Below, piece after piece: positions 25,865 to 37,708 of a DNA stretch of 64,000 nt. The DNA comes from Lepidodermella squamata (Eukaryota; Animalia; Gastrotricha). The notes beneath the pieces were generated by a model that was given only the letters and a program-made list of their open reading frames with translations, was not told the DNA's origin and made no database searches. A program made the translations under genes and the position numbers. The number at the start of each line of letters is the position of its first letter. Position 1 is the stretch's first letter. The stretch is taken from contig JBLDXI010000009.1 of NCBI GenBank assembly GCA_047495785.1, positions 3,038,001-3,102,000 on the forward strand, given 5' to 3'.

Positions 25865-26923
25865 ATTTCGAAATAAATAAACATGTTGAAATAGCGCTGG
25901 TTTAAAGGTCATGAACTTCGCCTATTAATGTTTACAGGTGTTCCGCTGCTCATTAGATGGCTGGGTCAGATCCCTTCTATCAGATGTTAGCCTCGACATA
26001 CAGAATCCAAATTTAAATGGAAAAGCTGCTTATAGATTATCCCATGTACCAAGAACGAAATAATTTTTATTTAGCCTTTGAAATATTCTTTAAGCAAACT
26101 GCATTTTGTATTATTATAGCCCTTTTTCGTTGGAATTCAATCATTACTCCTATTTACTTACAAATCGGAATCGGGAATTACTGAATCTAGATTGCCAAAT
26201 CTGAGCGCTGAAGCTAAGAACCTGAGTTCAATATTGTCTTCTCTTTCCAATGCCGAAATTGGCAAAGCAACATTCTCACTCAATTAACTATAGTTCGCAT
26301 TGAAATTCAGGGTAAATAGTATAAACATTTATTGTATGTCTTTGAAATTTGGCTACGACTCTATCCGTGTCACACCAACACCCCACGAAGTGTATGTGGG
26401 CGAAGTAGACAATGTGCGAGTGACGTCAGTTCAGGTGAGATCTAATCGCTGAGTGACGTTCGATATTGAATGCCGCTTTTGTCCCCCAATAAAGTGCTAA
26501 CTTAAAATCGATTCTTTTCCTAAAAGTTTATTGCCATCTAAGTGTTTCGGATCACTGAGAGAAGTGCGGAAGCAAATCGCGAGGGAGGGAGGAAGGAAAG
26601 AATATATAAGTCATTCTCGTTCTGCCCCTCGAGCACGAATGTCATTCACATGTTTCGAATTCGTTCCCCGAATTGGATCATGATAATACTGCTAACTTGG
26701 GAGATCGTGTTTGCGCTTCATATGACAATCCTATAGCCGGCCCCAGGGCTGAAAGGTAAAGCAACGACGTGTTGTCATGATTAATCTCGCTGACATCATC
26801 AACACTGTAACTGAATTACGGAACCGACAGGTAAATTAAAGTGCATGCCCCGAATCAGAGACCGGGTATATTTCGATGGTTACCCATTTTCTTTAGTTTC
26901 ACCCACCTTCCAAATATAGAGAA

Positions 26924-28528
26924 ATGATTTTACTGAATGATACTGGCGAATTCTTCCTCTACCTGAACTGCATTGTTACGATCATTGCCATCGTGGGCAA
27001 TTTCCTCGTCTTGGATTGCATTGTGAGAAAACGCTTCGGCCTACCTGGTTATCGGCGATTTCTCATCAATTTGATTGCGAGCGAACTTTTCCTCTGTGCG
27101 ATAAATGGCTGCACATTTGTCTACCAATTTGCTACTGATAACTCACCAAGTGCAGTATCAGTCACATGTGGAGGACATCTGCTGCGGAATTTTCAACTGG
27201 CCGGCTTTCTCGCAAATTTGCTGTCACTTGTGGCGATGTCAGGTGACCACTTCATAGGGATTTTATATCCCCATCATTATATGAAGGTAATTATATTTTT
27301 GCTCTCATAATTGCGCCAAAAATCGATTTTTCAGATTCTGAATCATCACTCTGTGACTACAATGATCGCGGCGATTTGGCTGTGCTCACTTGCCGCTGGG
27401 TTGATTGATATACCAATAGCATACGCGTTTTTCTTGCGATTTAAGGAAAAATTGGGAGAGGAATCGCGACATCCCACTTTTGGATTTGATGAGACTGATG
27501 ATGTCCCAAGTGATCAGCCACCAGTCTCGGGTTGCAAATCTGGGGCGCCGGGGCCTGTCGGTCTCATGGCCTCCTCTCTTGCGACCTCATATGAAGATCC
27601 GTTCTCGGCAATGGTTTCCGATTCCGATGTTACTGAGGCTGATATTATGTCTATGGTAGAAGATTCCGTTCGCTGCGAACGCCAAAACTCAGAGAACGGT
27701 TCAGATGCCGATGCTTTCATGAAAGCTTTTTTGATGCTGGTCAACGACCAGGAAGAACTTCATTTCTGCACCTACTATAGTTCGCGGAAAGTATGGGTTG
27801 AGCTTATCGTTTGCACTCTGACCATTTTGTGTCTAATCTTTCTTATCGTGTGTTATGGCCGAATTTTTCGTGAGGCATTTGCAAAACTTAATCTGAGCGA
27901 GCGTGGCTTTCGCAAACTCTTTCTCACCACTTTCAGCTTCAGTGGAGCATTCGCGGTCTGCTTTCTGCCGTTCATGATATTTGAAATAGCTCAACTAGCT
28001 GTGGCGTACGTGGCGAAACTGACCGGACGTGATGTGCACTACGTCGATTCGCCTCAGAAGTACTTGATTGCTCAGAATGCTATGTACTCCTTACTACTTT
28101 TATACCCTGTTTTCGCTCCGATGATCTACGCCGTTCGCATGCGGATGTTTCGACGATTTGTCATCCGGAAATATGGCCGCATTCTTTGCTGCAGATCAGA
28201 TGACAGGCCTGAAGAAGTTGTCGGTCCGGAACAGGGGGAACAGGCCCTCGTGAGGTCGGTTACGGCCCCAGATCGAGGCGAAGTGGATTATAGGTCGACT
28301 CAGAACAACTATGACGCATGTGATTCTCTGGAAATTCTGTCATTTGATGACGAGGAGCATTACGCGCTGAGGCTGCAGCAAAGCAGGCAATATTCGGCGA
28401 CGATTGACGACCGTGACTTGGACAACATAGCAAACAGGGCAAGCACCGCCTCTGCACCTGGTGCTTTCAAAAGCCACTTGGTTGTCAAGCATCAGGATCA
28501 ACCCATGGGCAGACTTTCAGATGTCTGA
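26924..28528 (+). CDS. Orphan class A GPCR, G3 (single coding intron 27287-27334)
   Basis: GNFLVL, GYRRFLINLIASEL, MSGDHFIGILYPHHY, FCTYYSSRKVWVEL..CYGRIFRE, CFLPF, YPVFAPMIYAVRM. Confidence 0.9.
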
Positions 28529-28740
28529 AACTAACCCAAATTTAACTCAATTAAACTGATTGTGTCAAAAGCAATTTGTCTCAATTAACTAGGGTCTCGA
28601 GAATCCTATTAAAACATGTTGTAGCGCAATAATTGACTTTGTCCGATTATATAAGACATTAATATCCGACAATTTTTTAATCGGGCGATGAAAATATTTT
28701 GCACGCAGAATTAGTTCGAAGAAGTGTTTCATCTTGAACA

Positions 28741-30426
28741 ATGGCTAGCGAAATTTTTGACGGCCCCAAGGGTGGGTTTGTCATTTTTGACTACGTAATA
28801 TCAGTGTTGTCAGCCATCACAAATCTGCTGCTGTTGCAAGCTGCAAAGGGTGCCCGATTTGACTTGAGGGGCTACAAAGTATTCTTCACGAGTTTGCTGG
28901 CGTCAAATCTGTACCTGAGCTTTACGAATATCGGAATTTTCCTTCTTGAAGCGGCGTTGTTACTAATTCCAAACAGGGAAAATATTTTCATCCACTGCAT
29001 GTCGAATATCACCCGCAGCCTTCAGCTGGTCGGATATTTCGCGAATATGTTCAATTTGGCCGGAATGTCCGTCGATCACTTCATAGGAGTGGTAAAAACT
29101 ATATCCCTCTACCTTAATACAAATAATTAATCATTATTTCTTAGCTCCATCCATTGAAATATGGCAGGCTGGTAAAATCGAGCAGGCCTTTAGTTTATGC
29201 ACTATGGACACTAGCTATAGCTATGGGCTTTTTGGACTACCCTGCTTCGTTAATCGCCTACTTCAACTCTGCGAGGTCTATCGTGAAACCTAATATTACA
29301 GCTTTGGAATCAGTAGACAATGATTGGAACGACTTGCAGAATCTGACCAGGGACGAATTGGAGGACGTGCTACGGTTTTTCAAAAACGCCTCGCAGTCTC
29401 ACATGAGGTAAAAGTTATTGCTGTACGTAATAACTTCTCTAAATGAAGGTCGATATTTCAATAGGCGGTCGAATGGGAGTGAGTTCCCTGCCATGCTAAT
29501 GACGCTCATGCAACAGGAAGACGGCGACTTCTGCAGCTACCATACTTCAGTCAAGATTTATTTGGAATGTGTGGTCATTGCTGTTACTTTCGTTTGCTTC
29601 TTCTTCCTCACGATTTGTTACGGCAAGGTTTTCCGAGAGGTGCGCCAAATCGCCCACGTTTCTGGCAAAACGCTTCGAAAACTAGTCGCTACAACGTTCC
29701 TACTTCTCGCCACTTTCACGGTAAAATTTTATAGCTAACAACTTGACCCGTGCTCACATTGGATTCGCTCAGATTTGCTGGATTCCTTTTATGGCGATTG
29801 AACTTCACGGGCTGTTATACGTCACTTTGTGGCCTGAAGTTACAACAGCTAGCAGGTTTGATTTTCACCTCACTTGATCGAAATTCTCCGATTGGTTTTT
29901 TCAGCTACGTTTACTTGGTAAACAATCTGTCAAACTGCATGATCGTCTCCTCTCCGTTTTTCCAATCGATCATCTACGTCGCTCGTATGCGTGTCATCCG
30001 GAGGTGAGAGAATTTGAAACTTGAGTCATCAGATGATAGCTGATTTTCTATATCAACAGGCGGATTCTGCAAAAATATGGTCACTTATTTCCGTGCTTGT
30101 CAGAATTGATTACAAAACTGACTACTAACACAACAGGATTAACAGCGTACCTCCGAGCTGATCACCGAAGCTCGATCGATTACAGAGACGGCAGTTCAGG
30201 GGAGCGGCGGTCGGCTCTACGTCAAGAGATGTTACCTTTCGTCTACCGAAGTTCCCCAAACAACGCGTTACCCGCCTCGAAGCGGAGTAGCTCAGCTAAA
30301 GACGGTGAAGATGGCGTGAAAATGAGCATTTTAGAGAGCGCTAAAAAATGGACTGTTGACAATGCTCAACGCCTCCCTTTACCAGCTGATGTAATTCCAG
30401 CTCGTAATGTCCCATCAAATCCGTGA
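28741..30426 (+). CDS. Orphan class A GPCR, G4
   Basis: FDGPKGGFVIFDY, GYKVFFTSLLASNL, MSVDHFIGV/LHPLKY, FCSY..YLECVV..CYGKVFREV, CWIPF, SPFFQSIIYVARM. Confidence 0.86.
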
Positions 30427-30453
30427 AAAACTTTATTATTCATAATAAATTAG

Positions 30454-33179
30454 TTAAGAGTTGGTAACATTTTCTTCCTTCAATGACAGACGATCCGGTG
30501 TTTCAAAACTCCGGCTTGAAGGGAAGCTGCCCATGGTCATTGATTTGGCCAGCATGTCACGCTGCTGTATTTTGAGATAAGACGCCATTTTCTCCATGGC
30601 TATGGGCACCACATTGCTGTCATCATTACGAGTTAAATGTTGTCTTGGAATTACTGTCACACTTGGGAAGTTGAATGGCATGACAAAGAATTCATCGTCC
30701 CCTAGATAATTATCGCTATCATTCGCAACAATATCGCTAGGACTGCTCGGACTCTCGCAGGCAGTGTCGATGTATTCAGGTATGTAGACATCATTGACAC
30801 GGCCGAATAGTCGAGCAGAATTCGCGTAAAATTTGTCCACAACTTCTTGAGTGCTTTCAAATGGGAGAAAGTATCTCCTGTGGTACTGAGAGATGCTGTC
30901 GAAATTTCGCAGCTCTGACAGCGAAAATTCATCGCCAAAGTCTGTTAGACCAGCTTTGCCGTAGTAAACCATTCGATCGGAAACTGACACTGACGACGGC
31001 AGGACGCTGTCCACGTCTGAGTTCATAAACGCCTCATCTACGAATTTTTGGCCGTGCTCATGAACTTCGACCGTGTTACACGGTTGAGTTACCGAGATCT
31101 GGCAAGTAGACCTCGCAGGGGTGCTCATTGTCCTCTCGCGATCTAATAGGCGCTCTTTCAGCCTCTCGAGCCTCAACTTGAGCGTTTGATTACCGTCGGT
31201 ATTCATGCGTCTATTGAAGCTAGTTCTCGCTCCGTTGCTAGTGAAGGACGAGGAACTTTGAACCCGGCTGAAAACTGAGCCAGCGGACCTTTCTTTGAAT
31301 GGTTGTCGCCCTGAGATGCTAGTCATCGTTGTGCCGGCTACGTATTCAGAGAGCGGTACCATACTGCAGCTTTTTACTGATGGGCCGCGACCGTTATTGC
31401 TTTCGTGAAGTGAATTGCGGGAGCTGTAAGGCATAATACTGCTCCGATGACTTCTTTCCCGCAATTTTTCAACGTAATCGCGGCAGCATGGGAAGAGCCG
31501 GCCGTAGCGATAGAACACATTGCGTCGAATAATCTTCATTCTTGCTGCGTAAATGATAGGATCGAAAAGTGGCGAGCTGTGAGAACAAAACGACTTTCCT
31601 ATTTCCAAATTAATGAGTCGGGAAACTTACCACAAAAGCAGCGTATTGAACTGTAAATAATCGGCAAAATTTGCACTTTGAACTTACAAACAAGAACTTC
31701 TACTTACCACATTGTGAAGGGCGAAAAATGTTGCGGACGATGTAAGGGTGTTCTTATCATTGACGTTGAAGTTTGTATGAAGGACAATTATCATCGTAAA
31801 CTCGAAAGTCTGACAAAAGAATGTTCATTAAAGTCTTAATATGGGACTAAAACAAACCATGAAAGGTATCCAGCAGAGAAGGAAAGACCCAAGAAGTAGG
31901 ATGGTGGTCAAAACAAGTCTTCTTACATTTCGCTCTTGTTGATTTGAGAACACCTCTTTGAATATACGGCCATAGCAAACAATCAGGAAGAGGAAGCAAA
32001 CAATAGTCAACCTATTGAGCCATGAAAAGGGTATCAGATATAATGCCATAAGCTATGAACTTACGTCATCACGCAGAATTCCAACCAAACGTTTTCATTC
32101 CTGGCAGCGCACCAACTAGGAGCGGAGGCACTCTCGTCGAAAATTCCCAGAATACTCGTCTCGTCCTCCAAAGACCCGGTATCCATATTATTTGAAGAAC
32201 TAAAAATCAATAACTTATTATTGTCAATTCTTATGAGGTCTAGGCTTCCTTACTCATTAGAGTTGAGAAAGGAATGAAGGAAAGCATCAATGTCAGGTGA
32301 CAATTTATCGAAAAGGTCAGAGTGACCGTCATCTGTCGAATCAGATAATTGTATCGGCGTGGTCGATGGCATCCAAGTTGCTGGCTCGCTCGCCTCCATC
32401 TGCTGCGCGGCCATAACTCGGGCATATGGAGCTTGAAAGCCGATGAAAGAATCCGCATCTGCCGCCGGATTCGAAATCGAAGTTTTAACAGGGCGCATGT
32501 TCGGCTTGATGTCCCGGTTGTTGCTGAATATGTTGAGCAGCGTAGTTAAAATATGCTCGGAGACAGTAACATTCTTCTGCCCAAGCAATGGATTTGGCAT
32601 TAGAGACTCGCTCTGACTTGGAGAGGAGGAAATATCTGTGCTGTTCGTTGCTTGATTGATGTCAGGCCAGATTAAACTGAGCACGTGCAGCCCAGCTGCT
32701 AGGAAGATGTCAACAAATCCAAGAATAAATGCTATCACCCATATCAAAACCAATATGGTGCAGTTAACCCGTTTGCTCATAAACTCGCGATATCTGAGCG
32801 GATGAAGCTAAACAAGGAGATTTTAAACTAATGAATTCGACGGATTAAAAACCCAACTTACGATGCCCAAATAGTGGTCAACACTCATGCCGCAAAGGTT
32901 TAATAGATTCGCGATGAAACCAACAATTTGCAGTATCCTAACAATATCCGCCGTGCACTTGTCCAGTAAAGTGCTGGCGGTGAAGTTGAGGACGTTGATG
33001 AAGCAAATGTATAGATCCGAGCAGATCAGGCTGATTAAAAACCGCCTGTATCCTGTAAGGGCGAACTGGACCCGTAGGACACTGTCAAGGGCTATCAAAT
33101 TGCCAATGATAGCCAGTAGTGAAACAACGTAGTCGATCAGAACATATGGCCCCTTTGGCCCTTCTAAAAGATTATTCAT
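30454..33179 (-). CDS. Orphan class A GPCR, G5
   Basis: LEGPKGPYVLIDY, GNLIAL, GYRRFLISLICSDL, LCGMSVDHYLGI/LHPLRY, WLEFCV, CYGRIFKEV, CWIPF, SPLFDPIIYAARM; C-tail of more than 300 aa. Confidence 0.88.
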
Positions 33180-33914
33180 GGTATCCAGTGCAGACTAAAA
33201 CTGTGTAATAAATACTCTATCTGAAATAGGAATTGACTGAAGTGGCTGAAATTCGATTTACTGCCCAACTTAAGCTTCAGACAGTTTACTATGAAAATTG
33301 AATCAAGGTATGGACGAGTGAGCTGAAGTGAGAAGAAACCGCAGGCTTCGCCTCCTTTATTTGCTAACACCACTTTCCGGAGACAAAAGCGAATGCAACG
33401 AGTCCAATTGTTTTCGTGACTCTTAATTGTTTGCGTGGTGTGTTATGAATATGAGCCATTTTTGGCATCTGGTATCTTTAATAAACGGAGAGTTGCACTG
33501 TATTTGAACTACTAATCATGGTAAACGATAATTTAACCCTGGATAATGCCTTTTCCATGTTCGCTTCACTTTTCTTAATATTCTTTCTCAAGAAATGATG
33601 ATAATCACTTTTCAGTAATCCGCAGAAGTCTCTGTTCGCTGCGGATTTACCTCGAGATTGAAAGGCCCGTGTTTACTAAAGGATCCGTGGGAGTGATTCG
33701 TTTTTTATAGCCGGCGACTCATTCAACCTCACACCTGAGTTGATCCTCGTTAGAAGGAGAAAAAATAAAACCGGAAATTGATGAAATAAAAATACGCGTG
33801 GTCAATGAAGGATTAATGTTAATTTTACTACACTTAGTACCCTCGGAAAACAGCTGCTGAGTTGCCAATTTGCTGAGGTTGCCAAACAGCTCTCTGAAAA
33901 GTCGAGAAACCGCC

Positions 33915-36183
33915 ATGGACTACAGCAGTGTAGCTTTCCCAGACAGTCCTAAAGGATCTTTCGTATTCATCGACTACATCGTGGTAGCTCTGGCCATCAT
34001 CGGCAACATCATCGTGCTGGACAGTGCCCTCCGTGTTAAATTCGACCTGTCGGGCTACCGGCGTTTTCTTATCAGCCTTATTTGCTCAGATTTATACATT
34101 TCCCTTGTTCATGGCATCACTTTTTGCCTGCCATTCGCCAGCCGCTTTATTGGGCCATGCAATGGAGATTTGATTCGCATCCTGCAAATTGTTGGCTTCA
34201 TCGCTAATCTATTAAATTTATGCGGGATGAGTGTTGATCATTACATAGGAATCGTAAGTTGACCGCATACCCCTTTGTATCAGGCTTAATAAGCACTTTC
34301 AGTTGCATCCACTCCGATATCGCCAAATCATGTCTAGACGGAAAACAATCATTACTTTGGCATTAATTTGGATAGTCTCTTTCAGTTTAGGTGAGGAAGT
34401 CGCGGGTTTTAATCATTCAATACACACCCAATTGTTTATCAAAAATAGGTTTCATCGAAGTTTTGCTGGCTTTTGCTTTCCAAGCCGTCGATATGATAAT
34501 ACCTCTAGAGAAGCAAAGCAGCGATGAAATGACAACGCTGGGTCCTGAAATTACCATGAAAGAAGACATTTCAGAATACGATTTTATTAGCCAAGCTTCG
34601 GGGAGCACGAAACTACCTCTAGTTAGCGACAACTTTGATTCAACTCTGCTAGCATTCTTCAACTGGCCCCCATCAATTGACGAAGCTCTCAAATCGATAG
34701 CCAGTGGAAATGAGTTAGCGTCGCGATGCCGTTATAAGTTAATAGAATTTATTTTACTAGTTCTTCGCTTAGCATGTCACTGGAAGAAATCATTGCCAAT
34801 CATACCGGAATGCTAACGATTCTCCCGAACGACATCGGCCCATCAGGATGGTGCGCTATTGCAAAGCACAACGACAACATTTGGCTTGAGTTCTGCGTTA
34901 TGACGTAAAATGCATTTTTTCATCAAACTTTACTCAATGTTATACCTAGATTGACGGTGATCTGCTTTGTATTTCTGATTTTCTGCTATGGCCGGATTTT
35001 CAAAGAGGTAGTTTCTTACAAAAGCAGGAATGACACTAACAAATCGGACCGAAAAATGAAACGCCTCATCATCACCACATTTTTACTACTGGGATCTTTC
35101 ACTCTATGGTAATTTATCGAATTCGATTTCCCAAGAAATTCTATTTCGTTTTTAAAAGTTGGGTACCTTTTGTTACCATCGAGTTCACGATGATAATAAT
35201 CCTCAATAACAACTTCAATGTAACTGATGCATCAACTCTCAGCGAATCAGCAAGGTATGACTTCAGTTTCTCAATACGACCGAATTAAACACTTCTTTTC
35301 CAGCTATTTCGCTTTACATAATGGGGTAAGTGATGTTTCTGCTATCTGAAAGATGAATGCTGATTTTTACTATTACTATTGACAGCTACACACCCTCTTC
35401 CTTTTCGCTCCTCTGCTCGACCCCATCATCTATGCAGCTCGAATTCGAGTTATTCGTCGCAATGCCATTTACAGGTACGGCCGAATGGTCATCTGTTGCC
35501 GAGGATACATCCAACGGCAGGAAGAAAGATACCGCAGGCGGAACAGCTTTATCGGCGCCCAACTCACTATAGGATCAACCACCCCCGGAATCTCGTCAGC
35601 TCGCATGAGCGAAGACCACGACGCTAATGACGGCTTAATACCGCTTTTGTATCGAGTGACTGGAAATCAGGAAACCAACTACGGATCGATAAAAGAGTCT
35701 CTATCGACCAATGTTAGCCGGCCGATTGGACTACACCGCAAACTGACTTGGCTACCATCTGTAAAGAAGAAGAGTCAGATTCCTGATTCAGATGTTCAAG
35801 ATGTAGCTGGTGATAGTAACATTATTGTCCCAAGTGCTACAGCGGAAAGCGGAAAAGTTATTTCGAGGGATTTATCGGCTGGCGATGATGATGTTTTCGA
35901 TTCTACGGATTCAGATTCCGGCTCAACCCCGCAATCGCTCTACCATCTCTCGATAATCGGAGGTGTCTCCGACTTGTTTGAAACCAGTGATGCTTGCCTT
36001 AAACGATTTTTTGCTAACAGCCATAAGCTCTTTAAGGGTCCTGACCTTGATATGATTGAGTCACCAAAGCTAGACATTCTTTCGACTCCATTAATTCCTA
36101 GTCATTTACACAAGTCCAAAACGATTTCTTTATTCCCGTCATATCGCGTAGGTTGTATCTCACCGTCAGCTAAGGAATCTTGA
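33915..36183 (+). CDS. Orphan class A GPCR, G6
   Basis: DSPKGSFVFIDY, GNIIVL, GYRRFLISLICSDL, LCGMSVDHYIGI/LHPLRY, WC..WLEFCV, CYGRIFKEV, CWVPF, APLLDPIIYAARI. Confidence 0.88.
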
Positions 36184-36377
36184 AACTCCTAATGAAGCAT
36201 GTAGGAGGTTTACAAATAAATGTTCATACGTAATGCAAGGTGGACGTTGGTTGCGAATGTGACTCAGAAACTGTATCGAGTTACCAGCGTAAGGCACGTT
36301 TATGCGGAGTAAAGCAGTGCCATCCCCCAATAATTGAAATATCGCTGAGAAATATTAAAAAGTCATTTCGTTAACAC

Positions 36378-36862
36378 ATGTCTCCGTATGTTTTCGGACT
36401 GCTGATTCTTATATGGGCTATGCCAGGATCAGAGCAGCGGAAAGCAACAAAGCTCATACCTACTAGGAGTACCCCTCGTAATGGAACTCGCCCAACACAG
36501 CCAACAATAAACCGAACTGCAACAATACGCAAATCGTCGAAATTATCGCTCCGCCGATATAAAACAACGACCGTTTCTAAGATTCGTGATCATCCCATAA
36601 AGGACTTCAAAAAGACAAACCTTGTATTGGGGCGAATAGCTGATATAACGAGTGGTTTATGCGTGAAATGCTTTCGAGTAATCATTTTAAAATTGATCGA
36701 GCATATATAAGCTGATTTGCTTTTTCTTACTCTCAGGGAACGGACACTCGAAAACTTCTGCGATGCCTGGGAGAGCCGCCCCTTCCCTTTCGCGTCACTC
36801 TGCTAAAAAACCATTGTCCTGATACGATAATGAGAAGTGACTTTTTCTTATTAAACTTCTAG
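36378..36862 (+). CDS. Secreted 4-Cys precursor P2 (141 aa), paralogue of P1
   Basis: Exons 36378-36677 and 36737-36862 (intron GTAATC...CTCAG). Signal-peptide-like MSPYVFGLLILIWAMPGSEQ, then a basic Thr/Arg-rich pro-region with RK, RR and KK. C-terminal RIADITSGLCVKCFR/GTDTRKLLRCLGEPPLPFRVTLLKNHCPDTIMRSDFFLLNF*. AATAAA at ~36898. Confidence 0.8.
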
Positions 36863-37708
36863 CAGTTGTTCAACCGAGTTCAGTGCTTATTTATGGTAAT
36901 AAAAGGATGATATATGCTGTTATAAAACACTGACAATTAATTTGCTATAATAAGTTGCTGATCAGTTTGCTCGAGAATTAGAGCCTCAGGTGACACGATA
37001 AGCCCTTACGAATTTTCACCCGTGTAATTAAATTGTAGTCATTATAAGCCCGGGGCACTTCTCCGATCGCATTGAAGTCCTTATGACCTGATTGTCTTAA
37101 TAATCAGAACAAGCTCTGACAAAATTTAAGAATAAAGCTGCTTTTCAGGGTTAAATTCACAGCCGTGTTCCAGAATACCTAAGTTTCGTATGAAGGCATT
37201 TCACTCTAACGAATTATGCAAGTGACGCCCTTCCGTTGATGAGAAACTTCATGGCTTCCGAAAAGCTCAAAGTAGTAGCAAGTATCGCGCAATTTTTAGC
37301 GAGAAAAATTCGGTTTAGATCGATGTCTAACATCGGAAACCTATATCCACCGGGAACATCGGTTCACGCTTTTGTGCTGCTACCCGGGCCCATCAATCAA
37401 ATTATCCGCAGCGCAGCCTGCGTCCGTCACTTATCGATTTTAATTTTGTAAATATTATTTTTTCGGATGACGCGCTTATATCGAGCCTGGAGTATTCATA
37501 AAATAATTTAACGCACTATTTGGATTGCTTTTTCACTCTATATCTTTTCAATTGATTGCAGCGCTAAGTAACCAATATTTATGATTAAATAGCAACTGTA
37601 TGCTCATATCATTAGAAAAAACTTTTATTCATTTAGACAAATTACTCCCCGAATCTTTGCGCAATGTCTTGATGTAACGCGATATTTCTTGTTTTCAATT
37701 TCGACGAA

